Assembly (NCBI GenBank): GCA_963697165.1
Contig: CAVOMX010000011.1
Coordinates: 64,001-128,000 of the forward strand
DNA from: Candidatus Bathyarchaeota archaeon
GTDB lineage: Archaea; Thermoproteota; Bathyarchaeia; Bathyarchaeales; Bathyarchaeaceae
Direction: 5' to 3'
DNA length: 64,000 nt
The position numbers and the translations under genes are program-made. Every line of letters starts with the position of its first letter. Positions within the stretch are counted from its first letter, which is position 1. Below, piece after piece: positions 1 through 8,878 of the stretch. A model generated the notes under the pieces. The model had not been told where the DNA came from and ran no database searches. It saw only the letters and a program-made list of their open reading frames with translations.

Positions 1-161
1 TCACGGCTATTGATGTAAAAGAGATCGCTATAACTGCACTTAAGACATACAGGAGATTGTCCATAATCAACTATGTTAAGCAGCCCAGAAAAACATTGAA
101 GAGTGTGATGAGTCAGCCAAATCTTGTTGGAAAATTCATCAAGAACATGCAATCTCGATGA
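1..161 (+). CDS. 3' end of a gene entering from the left edge (product not assignable)
   Basis: Open frame from nt 3 (TAIDVKEIAITALKTYRRLSIINYVKQPRKTLKSVMSQPNLVGKFIKNMQSR) ending at TGA 159-161. Confidence 0.5.
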   Translation, partial: TAIDVKEIAITALKTYRRLSIINYVKQPRKTLKSVMSQPNLVGKFIKNMQSR

Positions 162-367
162 ACAACGCAAAACATCAAGATGGGAAAACAAATCAGTAAT
201 TGTTTTTTTCTACTTGTAGGATATGCGTCATTTTGGGTGTTGTTTTAGAAACCTTTAATTCAGGATATTCGATAGAATCAAATGCATGGTAAAGGCAGCT
301 AGGGTTAAATCGCCTACATCTTACAGTAGAATCGCGGTTTTACCCTTTCACAAGATAACGCTTTGAA

Positions 368-3244
368 GTGAAAAACATGAGAATCACAAAAATTACCTGT
401 TCAACAGTTGCATCCGTCTTAGTTTCGTTATTGATTGTATCATCTTTTATGATGGTCCCAGTTTCTGTTAGCGGCATCGTTGCTGATGCAAGCACTACAC
501 TAGATGATTACGGCGATTTACTTCAGTATGAGTGGCCACAGATTCACGGCGATTCAGGTTTTACTCGTTACTCGGAGGGACCAGCCCCCGAATCAGCGGA
601 CATCCTGTGGAAAACAACCATCGAGGGGATAGAAAGTTATGTTGCAGCATTTAACGGTAAAATCTTCGTTACAACAGCAACGAATGTTATTGCCCTTGAC
701 AAGGACACAGGAGCAATCATCTGGAATACCACCCTTCCTGACCGTCAGCGGTGGCCAGCGGTATTCAAAATTGATGAAACTCGCCTGATCATATCAAATT
801 ATTGTCTTGAAACAGAAACTGGAGAAATTTTGTGGAGAAGTGACGAGTTTTCTGCTAAAGTGTCCTATTGGGCTGAAAGTGTTTACAGTCCAGAAGAAAA
901 AATGTTCTATACTCAAGGTGACTCGGTAGTTCTAGCTTGGAACGTCTCTGATATGTCAGAGCCGCCCGTACTAGAATGGGAAACCTATGTGTCGGGAAGC
1001 ACAGGATCTGGAACGGGTATACAATATGGCGATGGAAGAGTTTTCCCCGGATCTTTTGAGCCTCACCAGATGGCTCTTAATGCCACGACAGGCGAGGTTC
1101 TTTGGGATGTTGAAACAACAGGTGCAATGTGCTTCTCAGGTTCCTATTATGAGGGCAAGTTACTCAAGGCTGCTGAGCAAGATAACATGTTTTACTGTTT
1201 CGATGCTGATACGGGCAACATATTATGGGAGTATAGTCCAGGAACTCAGCTTGGATATTGGGTCAGCGGTAGCGCCGTAGCGTATGACATGGTCTATGAA
1301 CTCAATAAGGATGGACATCTTTACGCATTGGATGTGAACACGGGTAAATTGGTATGGAAATACCAAGGCGCAGATTACATGTATTGGCCAGGTTGGCCAG
1401 TGGTTGGTGATGGAAAAATCTATGCCACAGTAGGTCAAAGAGTGTCTATTCATCCTTACACATTGGAATATGGTGAATCTAAGTTTGTGTGTCTCGACGC
1501 CTATACGGGAGATCTCATCTGGGAACTGCCTATAGAAGCCTATGCTCCAAGAGAGTCTACTACAATCGCGTACGGAAACTTGTATCTTATTCCGGGTTAC
1601 ATTGAAGAATTCAAAATGAATAGCTACGTAACTCTCAACGAGGTTTGGGCTATAGGCGCTCAGCCAAGGTCTATGTGGCGTAGCGATTCGGAGAACACTG
1701 GAACGGGTCAGTCAGGTCCCACCAATCTAAATGTCAGGTGGAAGTTTACGACAGGCGGCGGAGTTGTTTCTACGCCAAGCATTGTCAATGGAAGAGTTTA
1801 TGTTGGTTCACAAGACAAAAACATCTATTGTCTCGATGCAGGAGACGGCAGACTTTTGTGGAATTTCGCGACTGAGGCTCGAATCAAATCGTCACCAGCT
1901 GTGGTTAACGGAAGGGTGTATATTGGACCCGACGATGGGTATGTTTATTGTCTGGACGCAAAAGATGGCAGCTTCATCTGGAAGAGTTACGCTGGCGGTT
2001 ACATTGAAGCCCACTTCGATGCTGTAACTGGAATACGCTCTTCGCCCATAGTGGTGAATAATATGCTGTATGTTGGTTCGCTGGACACCAATTTATACTG
2101 TTTAGATGCAGACAACGGAGATGTCCTGTGGACATACAAGACCGATGGTCAAATCACGTCCTCTCCAGCGGTATCAGATGGCGCAGTTTATGTCACTTCG
2201 CAGGAGCCGACCTCGGGTGCTCTATACAAAATAGATTCCATCAATGGAGATTTCATTTGGAAGCTGGATATTTCGTATATTCTTTCGGCTGATAGAGGCA
2301 TTGATTTGCATGTATCGCCAACAGTTGCAGATGGCATGGTTTTTGTAGCTGCAAATAAGGATGAGTATCATGGGGTAAACGCGACAACGGGTGAAGTTGT
2401 GTGGACATTCGTTACTGCTAGGGGCACAGAAGATGCAGGAGGATATTTGGTTGGTTCTATGGCGTATCATGATGGCAAACTTTTCATTATTGACATGTTC
2501 TTCATAACAGCCCTTGACGCAAAGACTGGAGAAGTCATTTGGAAGAGCTGGCAGGGAACGGAGTTGTATGCTTCACCTACCTATGCTGATGGCAAAGTCT
2601 ATGTTGCTACAGACAGGCGCATAATTTACGTCCTAAATGCCTCAGATGGAAAGAGGCTCTCATTTTTTGAGCCTAACTCTAACTGCTGGTCCTCCCCCGC
2701 AGTCTATGAGGGAAGAATGTACATAGGAAGCAACGACTGGAATGTCTACTGCTTTGGCAATTACCCAGTAACAAATGGTCAGATTTCCCTCATATTAAAC
2801 AATAATCAAATTAAACAGGGAGAATCTGTTACGGGTAGTGGTCAAATTACTCCCGGAATTGCATATGCGCCCATAACTGTGTCTTTTGTAAAATCTGACG
2901 GCACCACAGACAAGTTACAAGTTAGAGCACGCAATGATGGAACCTTCAACTTTGATTACATACCCGATAAAGTGGGCGAGTGGACAGTCTCCATCAGGTG
3001 TTCAGGAGCATCATATATAATGCAGAGCATGGAACTCTCCTTCAATGTTGTTGATAATCAGCAATCTGTACCAGAGCAAACACCACCAGAACATGAAGAA
3101 CCGACAAATGAGCAGACCTCAGGCATACCAGCAGAATATATCATTGTGGCGGTTACCGCATTAATTGTGGCGGTGATTGCAGTAGTTGCTTACCTATTTG
3201 TTAAGAAGAGGAACCGAAGTTCACCTGTTGCGATAACAAGCTAA
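368..3244 (+). CDS. Membrane-anchored surface protein with two PQQ-like (BamB-type) beta-propellers and an Ig-like domain
   Basis: N-terminal signal/TM segment; repeated xSPxVxxGxVYVGSxDxxxYCLDAxxGxxxW blades; C-terminal TM helix followed by KKRNR. Confidence 0.9.
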   Translation: MKNMRITKITCSTVASVLVSLLIVSSFMMVPVSVSGIVADASTTLDDYGDLLQYEWPQIHGDSGFTRYSEGPAPESADILWKTTIEGIESYVAAFNGKIFVTTATNVIALDKDTGAIIWNTTLPDRQRWPAVFKIDETRLIISNYCLETETGEILWRSDEFSAKVSYWAESVYSPEEKMFYTQGDSVVLAWNVSDMSEPPVLEWETYVSGSTGSGTGIQYGDGRVFPGSFEPHQMALNATTGEVLWDVETTGAMCFSGSYYEGKLLKAAEQDNMFYCFDADTGNILWEYSPGTQLGYWVSGSAVAYDMVYELNKDGHLYALDVNTGKLVWKYQGADYMYWPGWPVVGDGKIYATVGQRVSIHPYTLEYGESKFVCLDAYTGDLIWELPIEAYAPRESTTIAYGNLYLIPGYIEEFKMNSYVTLNEVWAIGAQPRSMWRSDSENTGTGQSGPTNLNVRWKFTTGGGVVSTPSIVNGRVYVGSQDKNIYCLDAGDGRLLWNFATEARIKSSPAVVNGRVYIGPDDGYVYCLDAKDGSFIWKSYAGGYIEAHFDAVTGIRSSPIVVNNMLYVGSLDTNLYCLDADNGDVLWTYKTDGQITSSPAVSDGAVYVTSQEPTSGALYKIDSINGDFIWKLDISYILSADRGIDLHVSPTVADGMVFVAANKDEYHGVNATTGEVVWTFVTARGTEDAGGYLVGSMAYHDGKLFIIDMFFITALDAKTGEVIWKSWQGTELYASPTYADGKVYVATDRRIIYVLNASDGKRLSFFEPNSNCWSSPAVYEGRMYIGSNDWNVYCFGNYPVTNGQISLILNNNQIKQGESVTGSGQITPGIAYAPITVSFVKSDGTTDKLQVRARNDGTFNFDYIPDKVGEWTVSIRCSGASYIMQSMELSFNVVDNQQSVPEQTPPEHEEPTNEQTSGIPAEYIIVAVTALIVAVIAVVAYLFVKKRNRSSPVAITS

Positions 3245-3261
3245 ACAATATAGAACATATA

Positions 3262-4458
3262 TTAGACCAAGATTTCCGATGCTTCAGAGTAGACCTGAAA
3301 CATTTTCTGGGAACAAATGTCCCAAGAAAAGTTTTTGCTAACAAAGTATCTGCCAGAGCGCCCCATCTTTTCCCGTAAGTCTTTGTTTGAAAGCAGACAG
3401 GAAATGGCGTTGGCTAGCTCGTAACTGTCGGGTTCAACAAGTAATCCAGTTTCTTTGTTTTTTACGACCTCATTGATTGCGCTAACGTTGAATGCAACCA
3501 CTGGCTTAGCCGTGGCTTGTGCCTCCAACAAGGATATTCCCTGCCCTTCCTGTATTGATGGTGAAGCAAAAACATCAGCGCAATTATATAACCTGTGAAG
3601 CATGGCTTCGGAAACGTCGCCTAAAAAGGCAAACGTGTCCATTACACCTTGCTCTTTTGAGTAGGAAATCAGATTGTTTTTGAGTGGGCCTTCTCCAACT
3701 ACCACGAACTTTGTTTCTTTATGCTCTTTGATGACATGTTTTGCTGCTTCGATTAGGTAATGTAAGCCTTTTCTGGGTATTAGGTTGCCAACGAAGAGTA
3801 CCAACTGTTTGTTGTTTCCGCCGATTCTATCCTTGAGGTGTTCACAATTTTGTGTTGGCTTGAATCTTTGGATGTCCACACCATTTGGAACTATCCGTAT
3901 TTTCTTACTATCAACAGCATACAACTGAACCAATTTTTTGGCTGAATATCTGCTGACAGTAACTATCAAGGTTGCGTCTCTTGATGCTTCCTTTTCGATT
4001 CGTGCAAGATTCCACATGAAAACGTTAGAGAGCTTCATTCTAAGGGATGGAGAAACACTCTTTGACGATTGAATATACTCGTCCGCCAGAACCCCATGAA
4101 CAGTCTGAATGAATGGCTTTCGGATTTTCCGATTTTTTAAGGCTTTCAGGAATTTGTATCCGCTAACAGTGTGCGCTTCATAGACGTCGGCTTTGATGAC
4201 ATCAACCATTCTTGAGAGGGAACGGTTGAAAATCCAGTTGTCCAACGGAAAAAGCACATCAGTAGAGAGGACGGGAACGAGGGTGGTTCCGTTTATCACA
4301 GCAGGTTTGTTGAAGCCCTTTTTTGTTCCGCTGTAAACTGTCGTGTCGACTTTATTTAGCAAGTTTTTGGCATTCTCAACTATTCGGCGTTCAACGCCTC
4401 CGAAGTAAAGGTGAGGTGGCTGAGTGTTAAAGACGGCTACCTTCAGCTTCCTGTTCAT
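3262..4458 (-). CDS. Glycosyltransferase family 4
   Basis: GGVERR N-terminal motif, VPNGVD, FVGNLIPRKG, EGQGISLLEAQA (ExxG...E). Confidence 0.95.
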   Translation of the reverse strand: MNRKLKVAVFNTQPPHLYFGGVERRIVENAKNLLNKVDTTVYSGTKKGFNKPAVINGTTLVPVLSTDVLFPLDNWIFNRSLSRMVDVIKADVYEAHTVSGYKFLKALKNRKIRKPFIQTVHGVLADEYIQSSKSVSPSLRMKLSNVFMWNLARIEKEASRDATLIVTVSRYSAKKLVQLYAVDSKKIRIVPNGVDIQRFKPTQNCEHLKDRIGGNNKQLVLFVGNLIPRKGLHYLIEAAKHVIKEHKETKFVVVGEGPLKNNLISYSKEQGVMDTFAFLGDVSEAMLHRLYNCADVFASPSIQEGQGISLLEAQATAKPVVAFNVSAINEVVKNKETGLLVEPDSYELANAISCLLSNKDLREKMGRSGRYFVSKNFSWDICSQKMFQVYSEASEILV

Positions 4459-4530
4459 GTATGTGTGCCTCTAAGTTTGAAGCGTTTTTTCCTATGCCAT
4501 TCTTTGGCAACATTAAGTATTAAAATGGAA

Positions 4531-5544
4531 CTAGATGGGGTAAGCCCCGCATACTTTACAGAACTTGCTTTTTACGTTGCCGCCTGTAGATTTGCAGTAT
4601 GGGCACTGTTTGCCTTCTACATCTTTGAAGGCCTCAGAGGGTACCCCAAAAGTGGACCTGAAAATCTCATAATAGAACAGGTGCTCTTTGTCTCTTATTG
4701 TGACCTGATCAGTTTCCTGATACTTTTTGGATTTCTGTTGGAAATATTTGTCAGAAATTTTTTCGCCGAAAACTTTTGGAAAAATGGTGGTTCCTGAGCC
4801 AAATTCTAGTGGAGTTTTTATTCTCCACACGATTTCGTCGGGCAGGAGACCCTCGTAGGCTTTACGCATTATCCATTTTCCCCACATTTTGCCGCGTTCA
4901 CGCCTAATCATCAGATTTGTGTCAACATTGTAGGTGTACGATTTGAATTCAGGATCAAGAAACGGGGGCTTGGATACTAGTCCGAGCGATTTTGCCATGG
5001 GAATCGATGTGAATTGCATCACCTGCCACATGTTTGACAGGTAGTCCTTTAGTTCTTGTTCGTTGAGACCAAAAAGCCAACTGTATCCGCCTAGGAGTTC
5101 GTCTAAACCATCGCCTGTCATCATTGCTTTGATTCCATTTTCTTTTGCAGCTTTCAAACCGACGTAGGCTGCTACGCTGTTTCTGACGTCCATGGGGTCA
5201 AAAACCTTCAGAATCTTGATTACATCTTGGATGGCTGAGTGCATCTCCTCTTCGCCAAAAACATGAACAGTGTGATTCATCTTCAGCAAGTCTGCCATCA
5301 GCTTTGCATACTTGAGGTCTAGAGCAGGCGAGTTCTCGAAGGCGACAGTGAATGACTCCAGTTTAGTGTATTTCGATGCTTCAAATGCGACGATGCTTGT
5401 GTCTAATCCTCCAGAAAACAGGATTCCGTCAGTTAGATTTCTTTTCACAACCTTGTCTGTGAGTTGACGAATCTCTGAACAAATTTGATTGATTGAATCC
5501 AAATCTAATCCCTTCAGAACCGAGCTTACAGGATGGTTATGCAA
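4531..5544 (-). CDS. Asparagine synthase C-terminal-domain protein (N-type ATP pyrophosphatase, no glutaminase domain) with C-terminal zinc ribbon
   Basis: FSGGLDTS PP-loop, TGDGLDELLGGY, PFLD, KWIMRKA; C-terminal CPYC...CKVC. Confidence 0.85.
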   Translation of the reverse strand: MHNHPVSSVLKGLDLDSINQICSEIRQLTDKVVKRNLTDGILFSGGLDTSIVAFEASKYTKLESFTVAFENSPALDLKYAKLMADLLKMNHTVHVFGEEEMHSAIQDVIKILKVFDPMDVRNSVAAYVGLKAAKENGIKAMMTGDGLDELLGGYSWLFGLNEQELKDYLSNMWQVMQFTSIPMAKSLGLVSKPPFLDPEFKSYTYNVDTNLMIRRERGKMWGKWIMRKAYEGLLPDEIVWRIKTPLEFGSGTTIFPKVFGEKISDKYFQQKSKKYQETDQVTIRDKEHLFYYEIFRSTFGVPSEAFKDVEGKQCPYCKSTGGNVKSKFCKVCGAYPI

Positions 5545-5613
5545 ATTTAAGGTTTGTTAGCTAAACCTCAGCTAAATCAACAAGTATGTCCTAGTTTGGA
5601 AGCTAGAAAATGT

Positions 5614-6180
5614 TTACTGAATTTTGTATTTTCGAATTAAAGCCACTGCAGCCAAAGCAACAACTAGAGAACTCAATGATGGAAGCGCTGTTACTAGGGT
5701 TAAACCGAATGGAGTGAAACTTAAGAAGAGACCTGCTAGGGCTGTGATGGCAAAGCTTAATCCTATGGAGAAAGTGATTCTTTCGATTACATCTAGTGCT
5801 TGCTCTTTGGGAAACAGTGTTTCGGTTAGGCAATAGCCTGGCAGAAAGGCTACGAGAATGAAGGCAAATATGTAACGTATGTAGGATAGCGGGTGTCCGG
5901 TTTCTGGAAGTAACAGGATTGAAATGAATGAAAGAGCGGATGTGACTATTGCTATCCAGAACCAGCGGCTTGTTTTCGGAGACAGGAATCTGATGAAGTT
6001 TTTGTGGTATGCTGGTTCTTCTAGGGCAACTAGCCCTTTTTTGTGGAGAGCCTTTATTTCCTGTTCTATGGCTATGGGTGTAGCGTCAACCTGTGCTTGA
6101 ACTAACTGAAATAGCTCTTTCACATTGCCTGGTTGCTTTGTCTCTAAGATGTCTAGTATTACATTTTCGAGGGAGTTCAT
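5614..6180 (-). CDS. DUF1616-like membrane protein with N-terminal winged-helix-like segment
   Basis: FLPGYCL...LFP...ERITFSIGLS motif; four hydrophobic helices. Confidence 0.75.
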   Translation of the reverse strand: MNSLENVILDILETKQPGNVKELFQLVQAQVDATPIAIEQEIKALHKKGLVALEEPAYHKNFIRFLSPKTSRWFWIAIVTSALSFISILLLPETGHPLSYIRYIFAFILVAFLPGYCLTETLFPKEQALDVIERITFSIGLSFAITALAGLFLSFTPFGLTLVTALPSLSSLVVALAAVALIRKYKIQ

Positions 6181-6324
6181 TTGTACACCAGTTTTCTTAT
6201 TGGCGGTTTACCATAAAAGCGTAGTTCTTGAACTGTGCTGGTTTAGAACTGTAAATAGGACAAAAACAGTAGAAGTCGATACTGCTAAGCTGTTCACAGG
6301 GCGATAAGGCTAGGAGTCTAATAG

Positions 6325-6351
6325 AAAAAATAAAAGAGGGCATATTAGCCC
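6325..6351 (-). terminator. Putative terminator after mtrH
   Basis: Minus strand GGGC-TAATAT-GCCC hairpin followed by TCTTTTATTTTTT. Confidence 0.45.
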
Positions 6352-6379
6352 ATAGGAAATTTCTGGTTTGCTTAGGGAT

Positions 6380-7297
6380 TTAGCCTACTAGCTTGAAGAG
6401 CGGATGTTTGCCTTCTTCGGCTGGTCGTGTGCCAAGCTCTGCGGTCGCAGTCAGTATGTATGTGTCAACTACTGCAACAGCGGGGAAGACGAATTCTGCA
6501 AATTCAATTGGACCAAACATGATCCAGTCACATCCGATCATTGGCAGTATGGCATTCTGTGCTGCGTCGACGGCTTTTTTGATGTCTTTCGGGAAGTTGC
6601 CTTTAACCCATCCAAGGGTGTCAGAAACGTTTCCGATGCCGGTTCCAACGGCTCCGCGGTCACCATACAGTTCTTTGATTACATATATGGATCTGAGGCC
6701 TGCTCCTACGCCTATGCCCCATGCGGGCATAGCTGTGTCGATGAGAGCGCCTTCTATTCCCGCTTGGTCAGCCATTTCTAGTATTCCGGGTAAAACATCG
6801 AGTTTGCCTTGGACGGTGTCGTCTGTGGGGTTGTCACATAGGATAATGGATGCTTTTACGTCGCTGTCTTTCAGGTTTTGTAGTTCTGCTTCTTTGACTC
6901 CTTTGTAGATGGAGTTGTTGATGAGTCTAGCTGATAGGCCAACTTCGTGTGCCCATTTGATTGTTTCCATTCTGAGTTTGGGGCTTATGGCGTCTATTTG
7001 TATTGGTGCTTGTGTTACTTCGCTGATGAAGGTGATGTATTTTTGGAATGCGGGTACCGAAGTGCCTACAACATCCAAAATGAAGGGGTTGGTTGTCATG
7101 TCAGAGAGCTCGTCCATCCTGTTGATGAGAGCTTCTGCGCGTGCCTTGTCGAAGATTCCTTCCTTCTTATCTGTAACAATCTTGTGACCACTGTAAAAGA
7201 TTGTGGCAGTAAGAGCTGTTGGAACTTCTCCAGGTTGACCTCCGACTTTAATGCCGCCAGCGTTTATAATTTTTTGTTCCTTTTCAAACCTAAACAT
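6380..7297 (-). CDS. mtrH: MtrH/MtxH-family methyltransferase (tetrahydromethanopterin S-methyltransferase subunit H-like)
   Basis: MFRFEKEQKI...KVGGQPGEVPT..TIFYSGHKIV.D...GIFDK start; DWIMFGPIE; HPLFKL end. Confidence 0.9.
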   Translation of the reverse strand: MFRFEKEQKIINAGGIKVGGQPGEVPTALTATIFYSGHKIVTDKKEGIFDKARAEALINRMDELSDMTTNPFILDVVGTSVPAFQKYITFISEVTQAPIQIDAISPKLRMETIKWAHEVGLSARLINNSIYKGVKEAELQNLKDSDVKASIILCDNPTDDTVQGKLDVLPGILEMADQAGIEGALIDTAMPAWGIGVGAGLRSIYVIKELYGDRGAVGTGIGNVSDTLGWVKGNFPKDIKKAVDAAQNAILPMIGCDWIMFGPIEFAEFVFPAVAVVDTYILTATAELGTRPAEEGKHPLFKLVG

Positions 7298-7341
7298 TCT
7301 AATTCACTTCTCGCATTTTTGCGGAGAATTTACCGCTGAAC

Positions 7342-7767
7342 TTACTTTCCTAGAGCCTTCTTTGCGAGGGCTACAGCTTCTTCCCTAGTCTCGCCGAAGA
7401 GAGCACCTATTTCTTCAGCATCATCTTTGTCTACTGCAGCGCCACCGATCATGATAGTGACTTTGCCTTTTAGGCCTGCAGCTTCTATGGCTGACATTAG
7501 GGCGGGTATGTTGTTTTTGGCGGGTGCGGTGTTTATTGATACTGCTATGATGTCTGCGTTGACTTCTTTTGCTTTTTGGGCGAATGATTCTGCTGGTGCT
7601 TTTTTGCCTACGTCATAGCATTTGAATTGTGCTTTTGTTAGTGATTTTCGTACCATTTCTTTGGGGGTTAGGTGTACGTCAGGGTCTAGGGTGCCTATTA
7701 CAATGATTCCAAGTGGGTTTTCTGGTTCAGCCGGTTCTTTTTCCATCATGGATTTTAACCAAGACAT
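7342..7767 (-). CDS. Small cobalamin-binding (corrinoid) protein, Rossmann B12 domain only
   Basis: IGTLDPDVH (DxH), DIIAVS, IMIGGAAV motifs. Confidence 0.85.
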   Translation of the reverse strand: MSWLKSMMEKEPAEPENPLGIIVIGTLDPDVHLTPKEMVRKSLTKAQFKCYDVGKKAPAESFAQKAKEVNADIIAVSINTAPAKNNIPALMSAIEAAGLKGKVTIMIGGAAVDKDDAEEIGALFGETREEAVALAKKALGK

Positions 7768-7942
7768 AAAGATTTCATCCTTTATTGTTGAGTAACTGGG
7801 GTTTTATGGATAGACGGGCGTATAAGCTTTTTGTCGCAACATTATAAAAAGACAGTTTTTGGTGTTGTTTATTGGGCAAGCTTAAAAGTATATTATGGTT
7901 CATAGTTTTGCTTGTCAATGCGTATTTGGAGGCTGTTCTGGG

Positions 7943-8683
7943 TTGCTTGTTAAGGGCTTGAAGGGTTTGTTTGGTTTTTTAACGATTTTGCCTATTGGGA
8001 TGGAGTCTATTGAGGCGTTGTCTAAGTACTTTTTTTTGTGCCCCATTGTAGGGTTGGCTATTGGTTTGGTTGCTGGGGCTGTAGGATTTGGGGTAGGTTT
8101 TGTTTTGCCTGATTTGATTTGTGGTTTTCTTGTTTTGGTTGTTATTCAGCTTTTGACGGGTTTTCATCATTTGGATGGTCTTTTGGATTTTAGTGATGCA
8201 GCGATGGCTAGGGGCGATACGAAACGGAGGTTGGAGGTTATGCATGATATGTTTACGGGTGCGGCTGCTGTGGCGTCTGGGGTTATTGTTCTTGCTTTGA
8301 CAGGTTTGGCCTTTGGAAGTTTTTCGGGTTTGGACATCTTGAAGGTGGCGATTGTTGCTGAGGTTGTGGCTAAGGAGAGCATGGTTTTGACTGCATATCT
8401 TGGAAAGAAACCAACCTACAAGGGGTCAGGATATTATGTGGTTGAAGCCATGGAGAAAAAGCATCTTGAGGCGTTTTCTTCTTTGGTTTTGTGTGCTGCT
8501 GTAGGTTTTGTTTTGGTGGGGGTCTGGTTTGTTTTTGTTTTGGCTGCTATGGGTGTTGCTGTTTTGGTGTTGACGTCTTACTCTAACAAGACTTTGGAGA
8601 GTGTAACCGGAGACGTTATGGGAGCAAGCAACGAAATCAACAGAATGATAGCACTTATCATGATGGTCGCAATAATGGTCTAA
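7943..8683 (+). CDS. cobS: Adenosylcobinamide-GDP ribazoletransferase (cobalamin synthase)
   Basis: GFLTILP, LTGFHHLDGLLDFSDA, VMHD, TGDVMGASNE; TTG start chosen 10 nt after GGAGG (ORF extends to 7895). Confidence 0.92.
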   Translation: MLVKGLKGLFGFLTILPIGMESIEALSKYFFLCPIVGLAIGLVAGAVGFGVGFVLPDLICGFLVLVVIQLLTGFHHLDGLLDFSDAAMARGDTKRRLEVMHDMFTGAAAVASGVIVLALTGLAFGSFSGLDILKVAIVAEVVAKESMVLTAYLGKKPTYKGSGYYVVEAMEKKHLEAFSSLVLCAAVGFVLVGVWFVFVLAAMGVAVLVLTSYSNKTLESVTGDVMGASNEINRMIALIMMVAIMV

Positions 8684-8878
8684 AAACAGAAACTTGATAC
8701 ATTAAAACCAAATTAGCACTGATTTCAGAAAAGTTACTGTTTTCAACAATGAAGTATCATTAGTCTCCTAATACCGATACGGGTTTTGGGAAAGCAATAA
8801 ATTATGTTCAACAGAAAAAGGTAATCATATTGGCTTTGCTGGTGGTTTACAACGAGAAACAAGAAAATACTGCTGCTT

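Noticed and set aside
6380..7297. mtrH as evidence of methanogenesis
   Set aside because: No mtrA-G or mcr genes are in the window, and stand-alone MtrH homologs are common in non-methanogens.
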